Of a stretch of 64,000 nucleotides of DNA, positions 9,798 through 23,544 are shown piece by piece (the first letter of the stretch is position 1; every line of letters starts with the position of its first letter). The position numbers and the translations under genes are program-made. Source of the stretch: the human T2T-CHM13v2.0 reference genome, Homo sapiens. The stretch lies in NCBI RefSeq assembly GCF_009914755.1, contig NC_060944.1; one strand, 5' to 3'. The notes under the pieces were generated by a model that was not told the DNA's origin, made no database searches, and saw nothing but the letters and a program-made list of their open reading frames with translations.

Positions 9798-11990
9798 GGA
9801 TGGTTCTGCTCAGGGGCTTGGTTGGTGTGGGGTCTGGAGGAGAATAAGCTTTTCCCCTCCGTTTCTTCCACCAGCAGCATGGGCCTGTTGGCATTCACTG
9901 GTTCATAGTCGGTGGGTTTCTGAATCCCAGTCCCTAAAGCTGTGGGTGTGTTCATGTACTGAACACCCTTGTGACGAGTCTCTCACCGGTTTGCATTACG
10001 TGGACCCACCGGGACGCAATGCCCCAGGAGTCTGCTGGGCTGTGGAGGATGGTTTTATTTCCGTGCATGAAATGCAGAGACGGTTTGACCCTGTAACTTT
10101 GGTAACTTTGGTGTCATCCGTGGTCGGAAAGCAGGAAGTGCTGGGGGCCAGAAGCAGCTCCAGACGCCGAGAGCACACAGAGGCTGTGGATGACGGCGAC
10201 AAAAATGCATCCTGTCAGATGCCTTGTGGCCATCAGACAGCATCGTGGGTCCTGTCTGTGTCTCGGGGTTTGCGGCCACAGATCTGGACTGGTGGAGGCC
10301 TCATTAGGACAGCAAGGGCCGTCCACGTGCACGGGGAGATTGGCCCCCCGTCAGGGCCAATCAGGGGTTCCCGGGACAGCAACTGACTGTGGGCTCATTA
10401 CTTTTGACAAAACCCAGCTTGGAGGCAAAACGAGGCTGGCTAGGAAGAGGTGCAGACATTTTCTGAGGAGCACTTTAGCCAAGATCATGGTCCTGTCCCC
10501 AGGGGCCCCGGGTGGGGCAGGCATGCATGGTGGCGCTGTGTGTCTCGGGCAACAGAGACCATTGGCAGGCTCGTGCGCACTCTGCGCTGTTTCCGACCAC
10601 CATGGCCCCCAGAAACGCACAGCCACAGAGGCCGCTTGCCTGCAAGGGTGGCTCTCGGAGGATGCCCACAGATGCCTGGGCAAAGACACACCAGGGAAGG
10701 ACAGAGACAGGAGAGGCCACGGCGGTGTGCGGTGTGCTCAGAGACCCCCTTCCATGCATGCCCCTCAGAGGGGCTCCTCCTCTTACGTTAACTTCAAGGA
10801 TAATTCTGACCGTCTTTCCATTCAGCTACTACACAACAGCTTTTATACATTTATGTGAGTAAAGATGCCTCAGGCACGTCAGACTGGAAATAATACAGCA
10901 TAAATCACTTTTTACAGCAAATAAAACAGTTGAATCAAAGGTGACTTTGCTAACTGTTTGAACCTTTTCTGCGTTCGGGGTAGCACAGGTTTTGTCCCTT
11001 TGGGATTAAATTTGCAAATGCATATCAACTTCCTAATTTTATGAAACAGACTTTGGTTGGAGTATTGGAACACAGTATCCAGGGTTATGAGTTCAAAGAG
11101 GTAATTGTTGGAGAAATAATTTAATACATCACAAATCCTCTATTTCTATCTCTTCAAATGGGATGCCAAAAGCGATTAAAGACTAAAAACATACCACAAA
11201 CAAATTCACATTAGAAAATTGCTGTAATCATTCTCTGCTGGATTAACCAGGGTTTAGGAGCCTCTGGTGGCTGGTTCCATCAGGAAGTCTTTTGGAGAGC
11301 GATGGTGAAACCAGAGTGGCTTGGGGGTTGGAGACGGTTTGTGCATTTCACCCATCCTCTTAGGAGAACGGTGTTTGTCCTTTACGAAGAGGTGCCTCTT
11401 CTTCTCCTGTTCCCATCCTGCAAGGGAAACAGACACGCGCATTTGGTAAAGTAAGCGTCTGTAAAGCAAGCGGCTGGGCATTGACTTAACCATAAGGTAA
11501 AACAAAGTTCCCCAATGAGTCTAGTGACAGCTGCGCACATGAAAACAAATCCCATTGTTGGGATGAAATTATCAGCTAAAAGGAGCTGCTGGAAGCCAGC
11601 GTGCCTGGTCAACCAGGGTCTGCCCATGAACTGCTGTGGGCCGGATGGACCCAGTGGCACCAGACAGGCCCTAGGGTGGAGGTGAAGCTGGGGCAGTTTT
11701 GCCCTGACATAGGAGGCCGAGCGCCTGTTACTGAAAACCGGGGATGCAGTTGTAGGTGAGTGAATTTCTTAACTGGGGGAAGCAAAGCTCTTTGTAACAT
11801 ATACCAGGCACCAGCGGAACCAAAAGTGCTCGGGCCACAGTGCCTCACCCAGGGGTGGGAAAGTCCTTGGCAGCTTGGTTTCAGGCAGGAAAGTGCGTGT
11901 TAAGGGCTGCCTTGTCTGAGGTACGCTGACCACAGGGCATCCAAACGCGTGGAGATGCAGGAGAAGTGTCTGTCTCTTTAAGAAATGAAA

Positions 11991-12355
<365 letters not shown>

Positions 12356-12537
12356 CTATTTTTACCCAGCAAGCTGGAGAGTCCCTGGGGAGCAAGGAAG
12401 CAGGCATGGCCATCAGTGCATGAAGACAAGAGTGGGACCTAGGTCAGGCAACCTGCATCTCCTGACCCCACGAGGGACCCTTACAGAGCCACTGGGCTCG
12501 GAGAAGCCTGCCCCAAGCTCCCACAAACTAAGCTTCA

Positions 12538-12873
<336 letters not shown>

Positions 12874-13264
12874 AGAACAGGTCTTGATCTGTGAGTCGCT
12901 CAAGCAGCAGCCAGCAGGGCCCACACCTTTACTCTGTGGCCTTGTAATCCGCTTTCTCCCGTTTCCTAGGCTTGGGTGTGGTTGGCGCGTGTGAGGCTGG
13001 AGGGGCATGTGGACCCAGTGACTCAGTGGGCACAGCCTCTGCCTTTCCTGCTGCCGGCCCAGGCCCCAGCCACAGCCCCAGCCCCAGCCCGCACTCCGGA
13101 GAAAGGCTCGATGAATCAGGATTGGAAAAGAAACAAGGATGGGACATTTCCTATTTGCCCAGCTCTAGAATGGACTCCTTAAGTCCATAGGCATTTCCTG
13201 GTTATTATTAAACAAAGAGAAAGAAGCAAGGAGTACTTTGCGTGCTTGGTGTTTTCACGGCCGA

Positions 13265-13574
13265 GAGCTGCAAAACCCGAGGCTGCCAAACCACGCGTGG
13301 CCACTGAGCACTGAAACGCATTGGAACATGGCTGGTATGAACTGAGCTGGGCTTTAAACACATGCTGGAACTTGAAGACTTAGTGCCAGGAAAGTAAAAT
13401 ATCGAATAACTTTAAATATGGATGACACACTGAAATGATATTTTGGATGTATTGGGATAAGTATTAAGTTATCAATAAAAATAATTTCATCTGCTTCTAT
13501 TTCCTTTTTTAATATGGCCACTTGAAAATGTAAAATTCTACACATGACCACGTTCTCTCCCTACAGCAACACTG
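13265..13574 (-). mobile_element. MER33 hAT-Charlie DNA transposon
   Basis: CCACGCGTGGCCACTGAGCACT..GAAGACTTAGT..TGAAATGATATTTTGGAT.TATTGGG.TAA..ATAATTTCATCTG..TTTAATATGGCCACT matches the reverse complement of MER33. Confidence 0.7.
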
Positions 13575-13674
13575 GTCACGGGGTGGTGTGAACACCTCGG
13601 TTCTGGGGACGCTGCCTCCCACCTCCCACAGCCTGCACATCTCTACCTAGAAGGAATCTAAAGGTGAGCATCTT

Positions 13675-13988
13675 AGCCAGACGTGGTGGCTCAGCCTATA
13701 ATCCCAGCACTTGGGAGGCCGAGGCAGGCAGATCACTTGAGGTCAGGAGTTCAAGACCAGCCTGGCCAACATGATGAAGCCCCATCTCTACAAAAAAATA
13801 CAAAAATTAGCCAGGCGTGGTGGCGCACATCTGTAGTCCCACCTACTAGGGAGGCTGAGGCAGAAGAATCGCTTAAATCCGGAAGGCAGAGGCTGCAGTG
13901 AGCCAAGCCAAGATGGTGCCACTGCACTCCAGCCTCCGTGATGGAGCGAGACTCTGTCTTAAAAAACAAAACAAAACAAAACAACACA
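13675..13988 (+). mobile_element. AluS (Sx/Sz-like), full length
   Basis: Both arms, (AAAAC)n tail; imperfect TSD GTGAGCATCTT / GTGAGCGTCTT. Confidence 0.93.
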
Positions 13989-14454
13989 GTGAGCGTCTTG
14001 AAAAGCTCAGCTGGAAGCAAAGCTCTTTCGTGTTTGGTTCCTCCCTGAGTGTTGGGGGAAGGGTGGCTCCTGGTGGGTGGTGACGGTGAAGTTCTTTCCC
14101 GGTGATCCCCAGCCATTCTCAACACACCTGCAGGAGCACAGCCGTCAGAGAAAAGACGAGCAGCCCCCCACGTTTCTCGGGAGCCACGGGCTTGCACAGG
14201 CACCCACGTGGGTTCTGCTTTGCTGTTTGCCAGATGTGGGCACACAGGCCGTGGAGGGCTGTCTTGGAATGAGAAGATCCTTGGGCAAATCTGAGAAAGG
14301 CCAGATGACACTGTGATTGCCCAGGTGGCTTCGCGAGCAGCCACTGCAGAGAAGGCGAGCTAATTCTCCGAAACACTCCACTCCACTCAGGCCAAGTGAG
14401 AAGCATGCAGACGTTTGTAGAACAGTAGACAGACAGCTTTGTCATGTACAAAAA

Positions 14455-14880
14455 AGTTTAAATGTAACTTGAATTTTTATTTAAATTAAGTAATCGGAAG
14501 AATTTTTGATTAGTGAAGTGGTTTTTTCAAAAACTTATTCTCCACCCAAAGAGAGAAAGAGAGATTTTTTTCCTCTGCCCTTTTCCTTATGATTTCACAC
14601 ATGTGCTATAATAAGTGGTTGCTTTTAGATGAGTTTTAGCATCTCAGAGACTCTTCAGACTCTGGTTTCGAGTGGACACAAGTATCTGAAAATTGAAATT
14701 ATTGTGAATTCAGCTACAAATGAACACTATTTCACTTGATATTAAAATTTAACCATATTATTTTTATAAAATAAATGGCAATAAAATGCTTTATTCTGAA
14801 TATAAATGATGTACCAATGTCTCTGATTTTAACCAGAATAAACACCCCTGTTTCAAATTCTGATAAGCAGGTAATTTATT
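14455..14880 (-). terminator. Candidate polyadenylation signals for BHLHE23
   Basis: Minus-strand AATAAA at 14880-14875, 14795-14790 and 14481-14476; the last is followed on the minus strand by TTTTTTGT and TGTCTGTCT (U/GU-rich downstream element). Confidence 0.5.
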
Positions 14881-16388
14881 TAAGATCACGTTGAAATGAC
14901 CCTAGAAGTGAAGGGCATTTGAGTTTCCAGCTTTCCCACTTTATCTAAAAGGGGAAAAACGGTGTCTGGCACTCAGCTTTTCGAATGTGCAAAACTGATA
15001 AACTAGTCTGTTAGGGGAAAAAAAAAAAGACAATGAAAAAATAAAAGTGGAAATTAGCAGAAACCAGTATTAGGCATATGTCTTTATGAATAAGACTTAA
15101 CCATACACTTGATTTTGCAAGTACAGAAGGCCCTGTGGAATGTATTAATCAGAGTTAAACGCTGTAGACAGGCGCGTTGCAGGGCGGCGGCCCTCTCCCC
15201 TTGGCATTACCGACAGCCGAGGAAATTGGGTTAATAAAGCCGGATACTGCGGCGGGGCCGCGGGGCGCAAACCGGCGCGGACAGATGGGTCCCCGGGGGC
15301 ACCCTGCCCGGCTCCCTGGATCCCGGATGGTGGCAGAGCTGGGAGCTGCGCAGGACGGGCACTGCGCAGCGCATCTCCGTTCACACCCGGCGGGGCACGG
15401 GGCCCGCAGCAGCTTACTCACCCGTAGCCCGGCCTCCTCCCTCGGAAGGGAGAGGGGATCGGTGGGGAGGGGGTTTGCTGGACACCAGGGCTAGACGGGG
15501 CCCTCCCCTGACCGTCAGGGTTAAGTAGGGCGCGGGCTGTGAGGACCCTCCTCCACGCAGCCCCCCGAGGCAGAGGGCCCGCAAAGCGGTCTCCATCCAA
15601 CTCCACCCCGCGGACGTCCCAGGCAGCGGATGGCGGCGGGGGGGGGAGGCCAGGGGACATTTAGGGGACAAATTCCTCAGACTTCGAGGCAGCCGGCGAC
15701 GGCGTCCAATTCCCAAATAAATAGAACAAACTCCTACTTGGAAAAGGCCTTCCCCGGGGTCTTCCTGCGCCCGCGGTCCAGCTCCTCTGCAGACGGCCAT
15801 CGTGGGCTCTCCGCAGGGCTGCGGAGTCTCGGAGTCACCGAGGTGGGAGGTGCCGGCCACGCGCGTCCTCAGGAACAGAGCACTGCCCTGCAGTTTAGCA
15901 CGAAGGGCCGGCTGGAGCGGGAGCGCGAGGCCCACTGCAAGAGGATCAGGAGCCAGTAAGTCCGGCTTTTCTTCGTCTCCACCTTTCGTGCGCCCGGGGC
16001 CAGGACCGCCTGTCCGGAATCTGACCAGTGCCCGTCCTCGCCGTGGCCCTGGGACCCCGCGGTGGTCTTCTTTTGGGGACGAACGGCAGTGCCCGAAGGA
16101 TGCTCTACCCACCCCCGTTCCTAGACTTGCTGGGTCCCGACAATACCCAGTGGGTGCCGCGAGTTCCCGGGCGCAGAGTCCAGCGTCCGGCTCTCGAGCT
16201 CAATCCCGCGCCCCGACGGCCTTGGCGCTTCCCGCTGCGCTAAACTGTCCACCGCGCACAGGCTGGAAGCGAAGTCGGGCCGCCTCCTCCTGGTCTGCAG
16301 GGTCCCTCCAGGCCTTTCCTGTCCGGGCAGAGAGACAGTCACAGGGGCGATCGGAGGACGCGTGCGGGAGGGCCGGGGGCCCGCGCGG

Positions 16389-17114
16389 TCACGGCTTCTC
16401 GTGACAGTGTTTGCAAAGCGCGGAGGGCGTCCCGGAGAAGGCGGCGCACTTGTCAGGGCAGGGCCCCAGGGCGGCGCCTGCGGAGAAGGGGCACACAGTG
16501 GCCTGGCCGAAGGGCGTCAAGGGCGCGGCGTTTACGGGCGCGGCCAGGCCCTGGCCCTGGTTGAGGAAGGCCACCAGGCGCCGCATCTCGTCCAGGGCCT
16601 GCGCCTGCATGAGGATATAGTTCTTGGCGAGCAGCAGCGTGGCGATCTTGGAGAGCTTGCGCACCGACGGGCTGTGCGCGTAGGGGATGACGGCTCGCAG
16701 CCCGTCCAGCGCGTCGTTTAGGTCGTGCATGCGCCGCCGCTCGCGCGCGTTGATGCTGAGCCGCAGAGACCGCTGCTCTCGCGGCCGCCGCCGCCCGTCC
16801 GCCGCGCTCCCTGGCCCGCGCCGCCGCCGCCGCTGCTCGAAGGCGTCGTCCTCGTCCCCGCTCTGTTCGCCGCTGCTCTCCGCCGCCTGAGCTGGGGCGC
16901 GAGGTGCAGGCGCCGCGGGGAGGTCGCCGCCCGGGCCCGGAGTGCCGTAGCCGCGGGCCGCTTCGGGTTCTCGCGCCGCCCCGTAGGCGAGACCCGCAGC
17001 CGCCGCCGCGTAGCCGTGGCTTAGTGCCAGGTACGCGTCCCCCGACAGCGACTTGAGCTCGGCCATGGCCGCGCCGCCTGGGCTCGGGGGCTCGCCGGGT
17101 GGGCGGATGCTCAT
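16389..17114 (-). CDS. BHLHE23: Class E bHLH protein 23 (BHLHB4), single exon; 241 aa from first ATG or 225 aa from ATG at 17066
   Basis: OLIG/BETA3-type b[68 protein letters not shown]; N-term [19 protein letters not shown]; C-term [14 protein letters not shown]; GC3-rich codons. Confidence 0.97.
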   Translation of the reverse strand: MSIRPPGEPPSPGGAAMAELKSLSGDAYLALSHGYAAAAAGLAYGAAREPEAARGYGTPGPGGDLPAAPAPRAPAQAAESSGEQSGDEDDAFEQRRRRRGPGSAADGRRRPREQRSLRLSINARERRRMHDLNDALDGLRAVIPYAHSPSVRKLSKIATLLLAKNYILMQAQALDEMRRLVAFLNQGQGLAAPVNAAPLTPFGQATVCPFSAGAALGPCPDKCAAFSGTPSALCKHCHEKP

Positions 17115-17319
17115 GTGGGTGAGCAGCCCCCGAGGCCGGCCCGAGCCCGCCGCTGCCGCTGCCGCTGCGATGAGGCTCCCGGCTCTGCGCGTCGGTCTGG
17201 CTTGCCTGCGGGTCCCAGAGCCTCGGCGCCCGCTGCCTCCTCCGCCTCTTCCTTCTCTCCCACCTCCTCTCCCTCCCAGCCGCGACGCGCAGGGGGCGGG
17301 CTCTACCTCCCCCTCGCCC

Positions 17320-17495
17320 CCGCTTCGGTTTTAAGCCGCGGAGGCGCCCGGTGGGACCTCGCTGCTGTCCAATCAGGGGGGACCGGGTGAGCTCCTCTTC
17401 CTGGAGCCGGGCTCCACCAGCGCCGCAGGCTCACAGGCCGGGGGTGGGGGCTCTGGACCGAGGGGCGGCGCGGGGCGGCGCGGGGCGGCGCGCGC
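17320..17495 (-). promoter_or_regulatory. BHLHE23 core promoter
   Basis: Minus-strand TATA-like TTAAAA at 17334-17329, CCAAT (TCCAATCAG) at 17369-17373, three tandem GGGGCGGCGC GC-box-like units at ~17462-17491; implies TSS near 17300. Confidence 0.65.
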
Positions 17496-19719
17496 GGTCC
17501 TGGAGCGCTAGTACTTGCTTCTCGACTCCCCGGCCGCCGCCTCCGGCCGCCCCTGGGATTCCGCCACCAAACGCACGCGTCCCAGGTGGGCACCCGCCTC
17601 GGTCCGTCTTTGAGTCTGACCCTAGCGCAAGAGTCCCTGGCGACACGCAGGGGCCAGAGCGGGGGGGCGCGCCGCAATAGCAGTAGCGCCAGCGCCAACA
17701 CCCTGTCCCGCTGAGGGGCCGCTTCGGGTCGGGGTCAGGGTCGTGGGCGCTCTGGTGCAGCCGCGGCGCAGCGTGTACCCGGAGCCCGCACACTCCCTGC
17801 TCGGGGCGCCCTGTGGCCAGGCTTGAGGGGCAGAGTGAGAGGGAGTTTCTAGAACCTGTTGAAAAACGCCACGAGCGTTGCAGGCCGGGGAGGGCGGGAA
17901 GGTGGAGGGCAGCGCGGCCTGGGGCTCCCCGGGGGTGGGAGGGGAGCTCTGTGAGCTGCAGGACCGCCTCTTCCCTGCCAGCCGCTTCCTGGGCATCTAT
18001 CAGCGAAACGCGTGAGGCTTGGTGGGCTTTCCCGGAGCCTCCGAACCCCTGGGGTCCAGCCACACTGGATGGGAATGTGGCCAGCCTCGGACTCGCCTTT
18101 TCAGTCCTCTTCCAACCCCGCATGAAGGCCAGAACCCCAGCCCTTCTCCCAGGTGGGAACCTGCCTGGAGGCCCGGCCGAGTGCTGAGGCTAGAGTGTGC
18201 TGAGGGATAGTGGCTTCTCCGGTCCTGGCTTGGGTGGGAGACTGGGCCACCCTGGCCTATGGCACGAGGTGGAGCGGCCCGTCGGGCCCTTCTGTGTGAC
18301 CTGGGAAGGGCCGCATACCCTCCCTGTTCTCCAGGCTCCGCCCCAGGAGGAGCCACAGCGATGGGGCAGTGTGCGCAGCCCCGGGAGGGGAGTGGGAGCT
18401 GCACGTGTGTGGGGCGGATGTGCTGTCTGGAAGGTTCTGGGAACGCAGCAGTGACCGGCCTGTCCGGTGGTTCCCTGCCAGGTGCGGGGTGTGAGGAGAC
18501 AGATGCATGGATAAGTCTCCGTGGGAAACTCAGGCCTTTGTCCTGGCGGAGGGGAATGGGTCTGAGGCAGCCTCTGCCGGGCTGGCGGCCTGTCTGGCTG
18601 CGCGTCCTGCAGCACCGGCCTCACCCCCAGCACACGCCCGCCAGGAGCGCAGGGGCCCCGAGGATGGAAGCGTCTGTCTGAGGCGCTGTCCTGGGACCCC
18701 ACCCCGCCTTCGGGGCTGATGCACAGACCGGGAATTGAGGATACCTGGTGTGGAGGAGGCCGCTGTGTTTGGGCCTGGGTCTGAAGGGTGAGTGGGTGTC
18801 ATTGTGGCCACGGGCCGGGGTCGGGGGAGCATTCAGGTGGCCGGAGGAGGCCTGGCACAGGGAAGGGCAGTGAGGGGCCCGGGTGGGGCCAGGAGATAGA
18901 GGGGCGGGACCAGGCCTGTGGGACAGTTTGAATCACGCGGGGAGTTTGGTCTTTATGGGAAGAAAGGCGCCGTGGCCATTCGGAGAGCCACTCTGGCACT
19001 GCTGCCGGTGCGGTCCGGGGCTGCGGGGCCTCCTCCTGGGCCTGAACTGCAGGGCTGGTGGGGGCCATGGGGGAAGGTGGCTCCACAGGTCCCCGGAGCT
19101 GGGGGAGCAGGAGGATGGGGTTGACCAGGAGGGAAAGCTATGGAGCTGGAGAATGCAGGAGGCCCCCGAGGGGAGGTGCAGCCAGCGCTGGTGGGGAGGC
19201 CTCTGAGGGGTACGCGGTAATTGACATCACGGGTGTGGGTGAGAGTGGCTTTCAAAGCATCGGCTGGAGCAGGGTCCCCATTAAAGCCAGAGACGCTGAC
19301 GCCATGGGGCTGGGGTTGGGGCTGGGCCGGGGCTTTGGGAGGTCCGAACTCCCCAGCAGGGAGCCAGGGCTCTGGGCCAGTTCCCAGGCCCAGTTAATCT
19401 TCAGTAGAATCGATCGACCTTGGCTCAGAGGGTTGGAGGCAGGGATGGGCAGGGGGTGAGGGGTGAGGCGCACGAAACAGCACCCGGGTGAGGCCCCTGC
19501 TGCGGCCCCTGCGGGACCAGCCACGAATTCCGGGCTTCAGCCCCGCCAGCTTCAGAGGCGGCGTTTTCGGTGCGACGCTGCCACCTGCTGGCTGTCTGGG
19601 AGTTGCACCCAGAGGCTCAGAACCCGTGTTTCTCAGAGGGCCCGGGAGGGGCGAAACTGCGGGTTCCCAGGCCCTCCCGGATTCTGCGCAGGTGGACGCT
19701 GGGGGCTGTTTCACAGGCG

Positions 19720-19813
19720 CCCACATGATAGGGGAGCTGGAGGAACCTGCCGTCTCCGCCATCGAGCGCCCCTCCGAGCTGGGGTTGGACGCTGCCAGTT
19801 TGCACAGCAGCAG
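19720..19813 (+). ncRNA. LINC01749: Probable first exon of a lncRNA divergent from BHLHE23 (locus recalled as LINC01749)
   Basis: Strong donor CAG|GTGAGC at 19813/19814 in CpG-rich sequence; name and 5' end come from recollection of the human locus, not from the sequence. Confidence 0.35.
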
Positions 19814-20579
19814 GTGAGCCTGGGGGGTTGAGGGCTGAGCGGGGGTCCCAGCCGATGAAGCAGCCCCGCACCTTGGCCAGCTTCTCGAACCTCCTCTGGG
19901 CAGAGGCTGTGGAGGCTGCGAAGCGGCGGAGGCGTTGACCAGGCCAGCTGCTCAGCCTTTCTGGCCTCAGTTTCCACAGCTGTAAAGTGGGGTCTGTCCA
20001 CAACACGTGTGGTCTAGCGACGGCCCTGCGGAGTGGGTCTGTAACTGCGGACTCACTTGTCCCGGGCTGTTCTGAACCGGTGGTTCCCCCGCCCTCCCAG
20101 GAGACAGCACCTGTGGCCGGCAGCCGCCCCTGCAGCGGCCCCTGGCTCCCACCGCGCCCTGGCCCTGGGGGTGCCCAAAGACCGGGGTGTGCTGTGGCCC
20201 GAGTGAGCACCCTGTGGGCGTCACTGCTGTCCATGCTGCTGGGATTGGGGAAGGGAGGTCTGGTGGGGCACAGTGGGCGCACCAGGAGGTCAGGCTGGGT
20301 GGGGGGAGCGGGAGGGAGCCCCCGCTGGGTGGTCTTGGGCCAGCCAGCTTCTTGCCTGCAGGGCAATGGTGCTAGTAACTGGAACAACCCACCCTGCCTC
20401 TCCCAGAGACGGCGCCTCCTCAGTGCTCCCCTTCCACAGGACGTAGGGTCTTCTAGAGATCAAAACAGGGAGGAGGAAAGAAATCCTACCGCAGGCCCCT
20501 GCCCCGACCCTGGGACCCACACTGTTTGGCTTCTAGGGACAACGCCCAGGCCCTGGGATTTGAAGACTCCACCTTTTCT

Positions 20580-21393
<814 letters not shown>

Positions 21394-22612
21394 TTTGAAA
21401 AGGCAATTGAGGTTTCTAAACTCCTACTAAAGGAAATAATTCCTAGAGTTGGGCTGCCTAAGAGCTTACAGAGCGATAATGGCTCACCTTTCACAGCGAC
21501 AGTTACCCGAAACACATCTTCAGCCCTAGGAATTCAGTGCCGCCTTGACTCGGCACGGAGGCCACAGTCTTTGGGGAAAGTAGAAAGAGCTAATCAAACT
21601 CTAAAAAGGACTCTTGCTAAACTATGCCAAGAGACATCAGAAACCTGGAGGTCTTTATTACCTGTAGCCTTATTACGGGTTCGAATGGCCCCTAAGGGAA
21701 ATCTGCATCTCAGCACTTTTGAAATAATGTATAGAAGGCCTTTCTTAACTACAGACCTCCTAATAGACATAGATACTTTCAAGCTACAGAATTATGTGAT
21801 CAACTTAGGACAAGTGCAAAACGCACTCCTTGACTATGGAAATCAGAGACTCCCTTCCCCCACTGAGGAAGACAATCTGGTTCCAACCCAGCTGGGAGAC
21901 TGGGTCCTATTGCAAACTTGGAAGGAAGGATCCTCAGCAGATCAACTTTCCCCCCAAGTGGAGGGGACTCTATCAAGTTCTCCTTAGTACCCCAACTACA
22001 GTTAAACTTCTGGGAATAAACAGCTGGGTCCACTTATCTCAAATTAAACCTGTCTCTTATAAAGCCCCACAGGCCAACGGAACACAAGAGACTGATCCCG
22101 TTTATTCCCGTGAGCCAGTCAGTGACCTCTGATTCCTGTTCCTAAGAAATGAGAGGGATGGGGGGCATAAATACCTGGATTGGCATTCTACTTTTAGGCA
22201 CAAGTTGGAATCATGCAGAGAGTGATTTATTTACTGAGTAGGCACAGACTTTAGCCTGTCTACATAATCACATAAACGGTTGGGTATGTGGAGAATTGCC
22301 ACTTTCCTCCACCTCTGGGTTGCCCTGGCATAGTCAACTGGCCAGCCTAAGTCTGTGGGGATTTTACGTTCCAGACCATTACCCAGGCTATGAGAGCTTT
22401 AGAGCTCACGTCTCTGCCATTGATGAGCTGTCAGTCAGTCCTCTATTGGCTTGGTTCCAACAGCTGCCCAGTTCTTGGAAAGCCTTTCTGTTTAGCTAGT
22501 TTACTTGGAATGATTTTATTTATTTTGCTTTGCTATTGTAGAATATATTGCGGTTGTACTCTTTGTGTAGGAATGCATGACAAGCTCACTCAACACTTTC
22601 TTCAGTTGGACA
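21394..22612 (+). mobile_element. Class I (gamma-like) ERV internal fragment: integrase C-terminal part plus internally deleted, defective env
   Basis: [51 protein letters not shown] (IN core D and E), frameshift to [31 protein letters not shown] (GPY/F-like); env from ATG 22149 MRGMGGINTWIGILLLG..FTE*AQTLA..GWVCGELPLSSTSGLPW, then TM-like [22 protein letters not shown]. Confidence 0.9.
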
Positions 22613-23540
<928 letters not shown>

Positions 23541-23544
23541 TTTC

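Larger units (their letters stand above)
15170..18100. promoter_or_regulatory. CpG island covering BHLHE23 and its promoter (CpG-rich shoulder to ~20300)
   Basis: Very high GC and dense CG/CGCG by inspection. Confidence 0.85.

Noticed and set aside
15414-16721. 100-232 aa ORFs overlapping or next to BHLHE23
   Set aside because: Typical CpG-island shadow ORFs rich in Pro/Arg/Gly/Ala with no recognisable domain
18682-18702. REST/RE1 site upstream of BHLHE23 (GGCGCTGTCC)
   Set aside because: Only one half-site; GTCCGTGGTGC near 28310 is also incomplete
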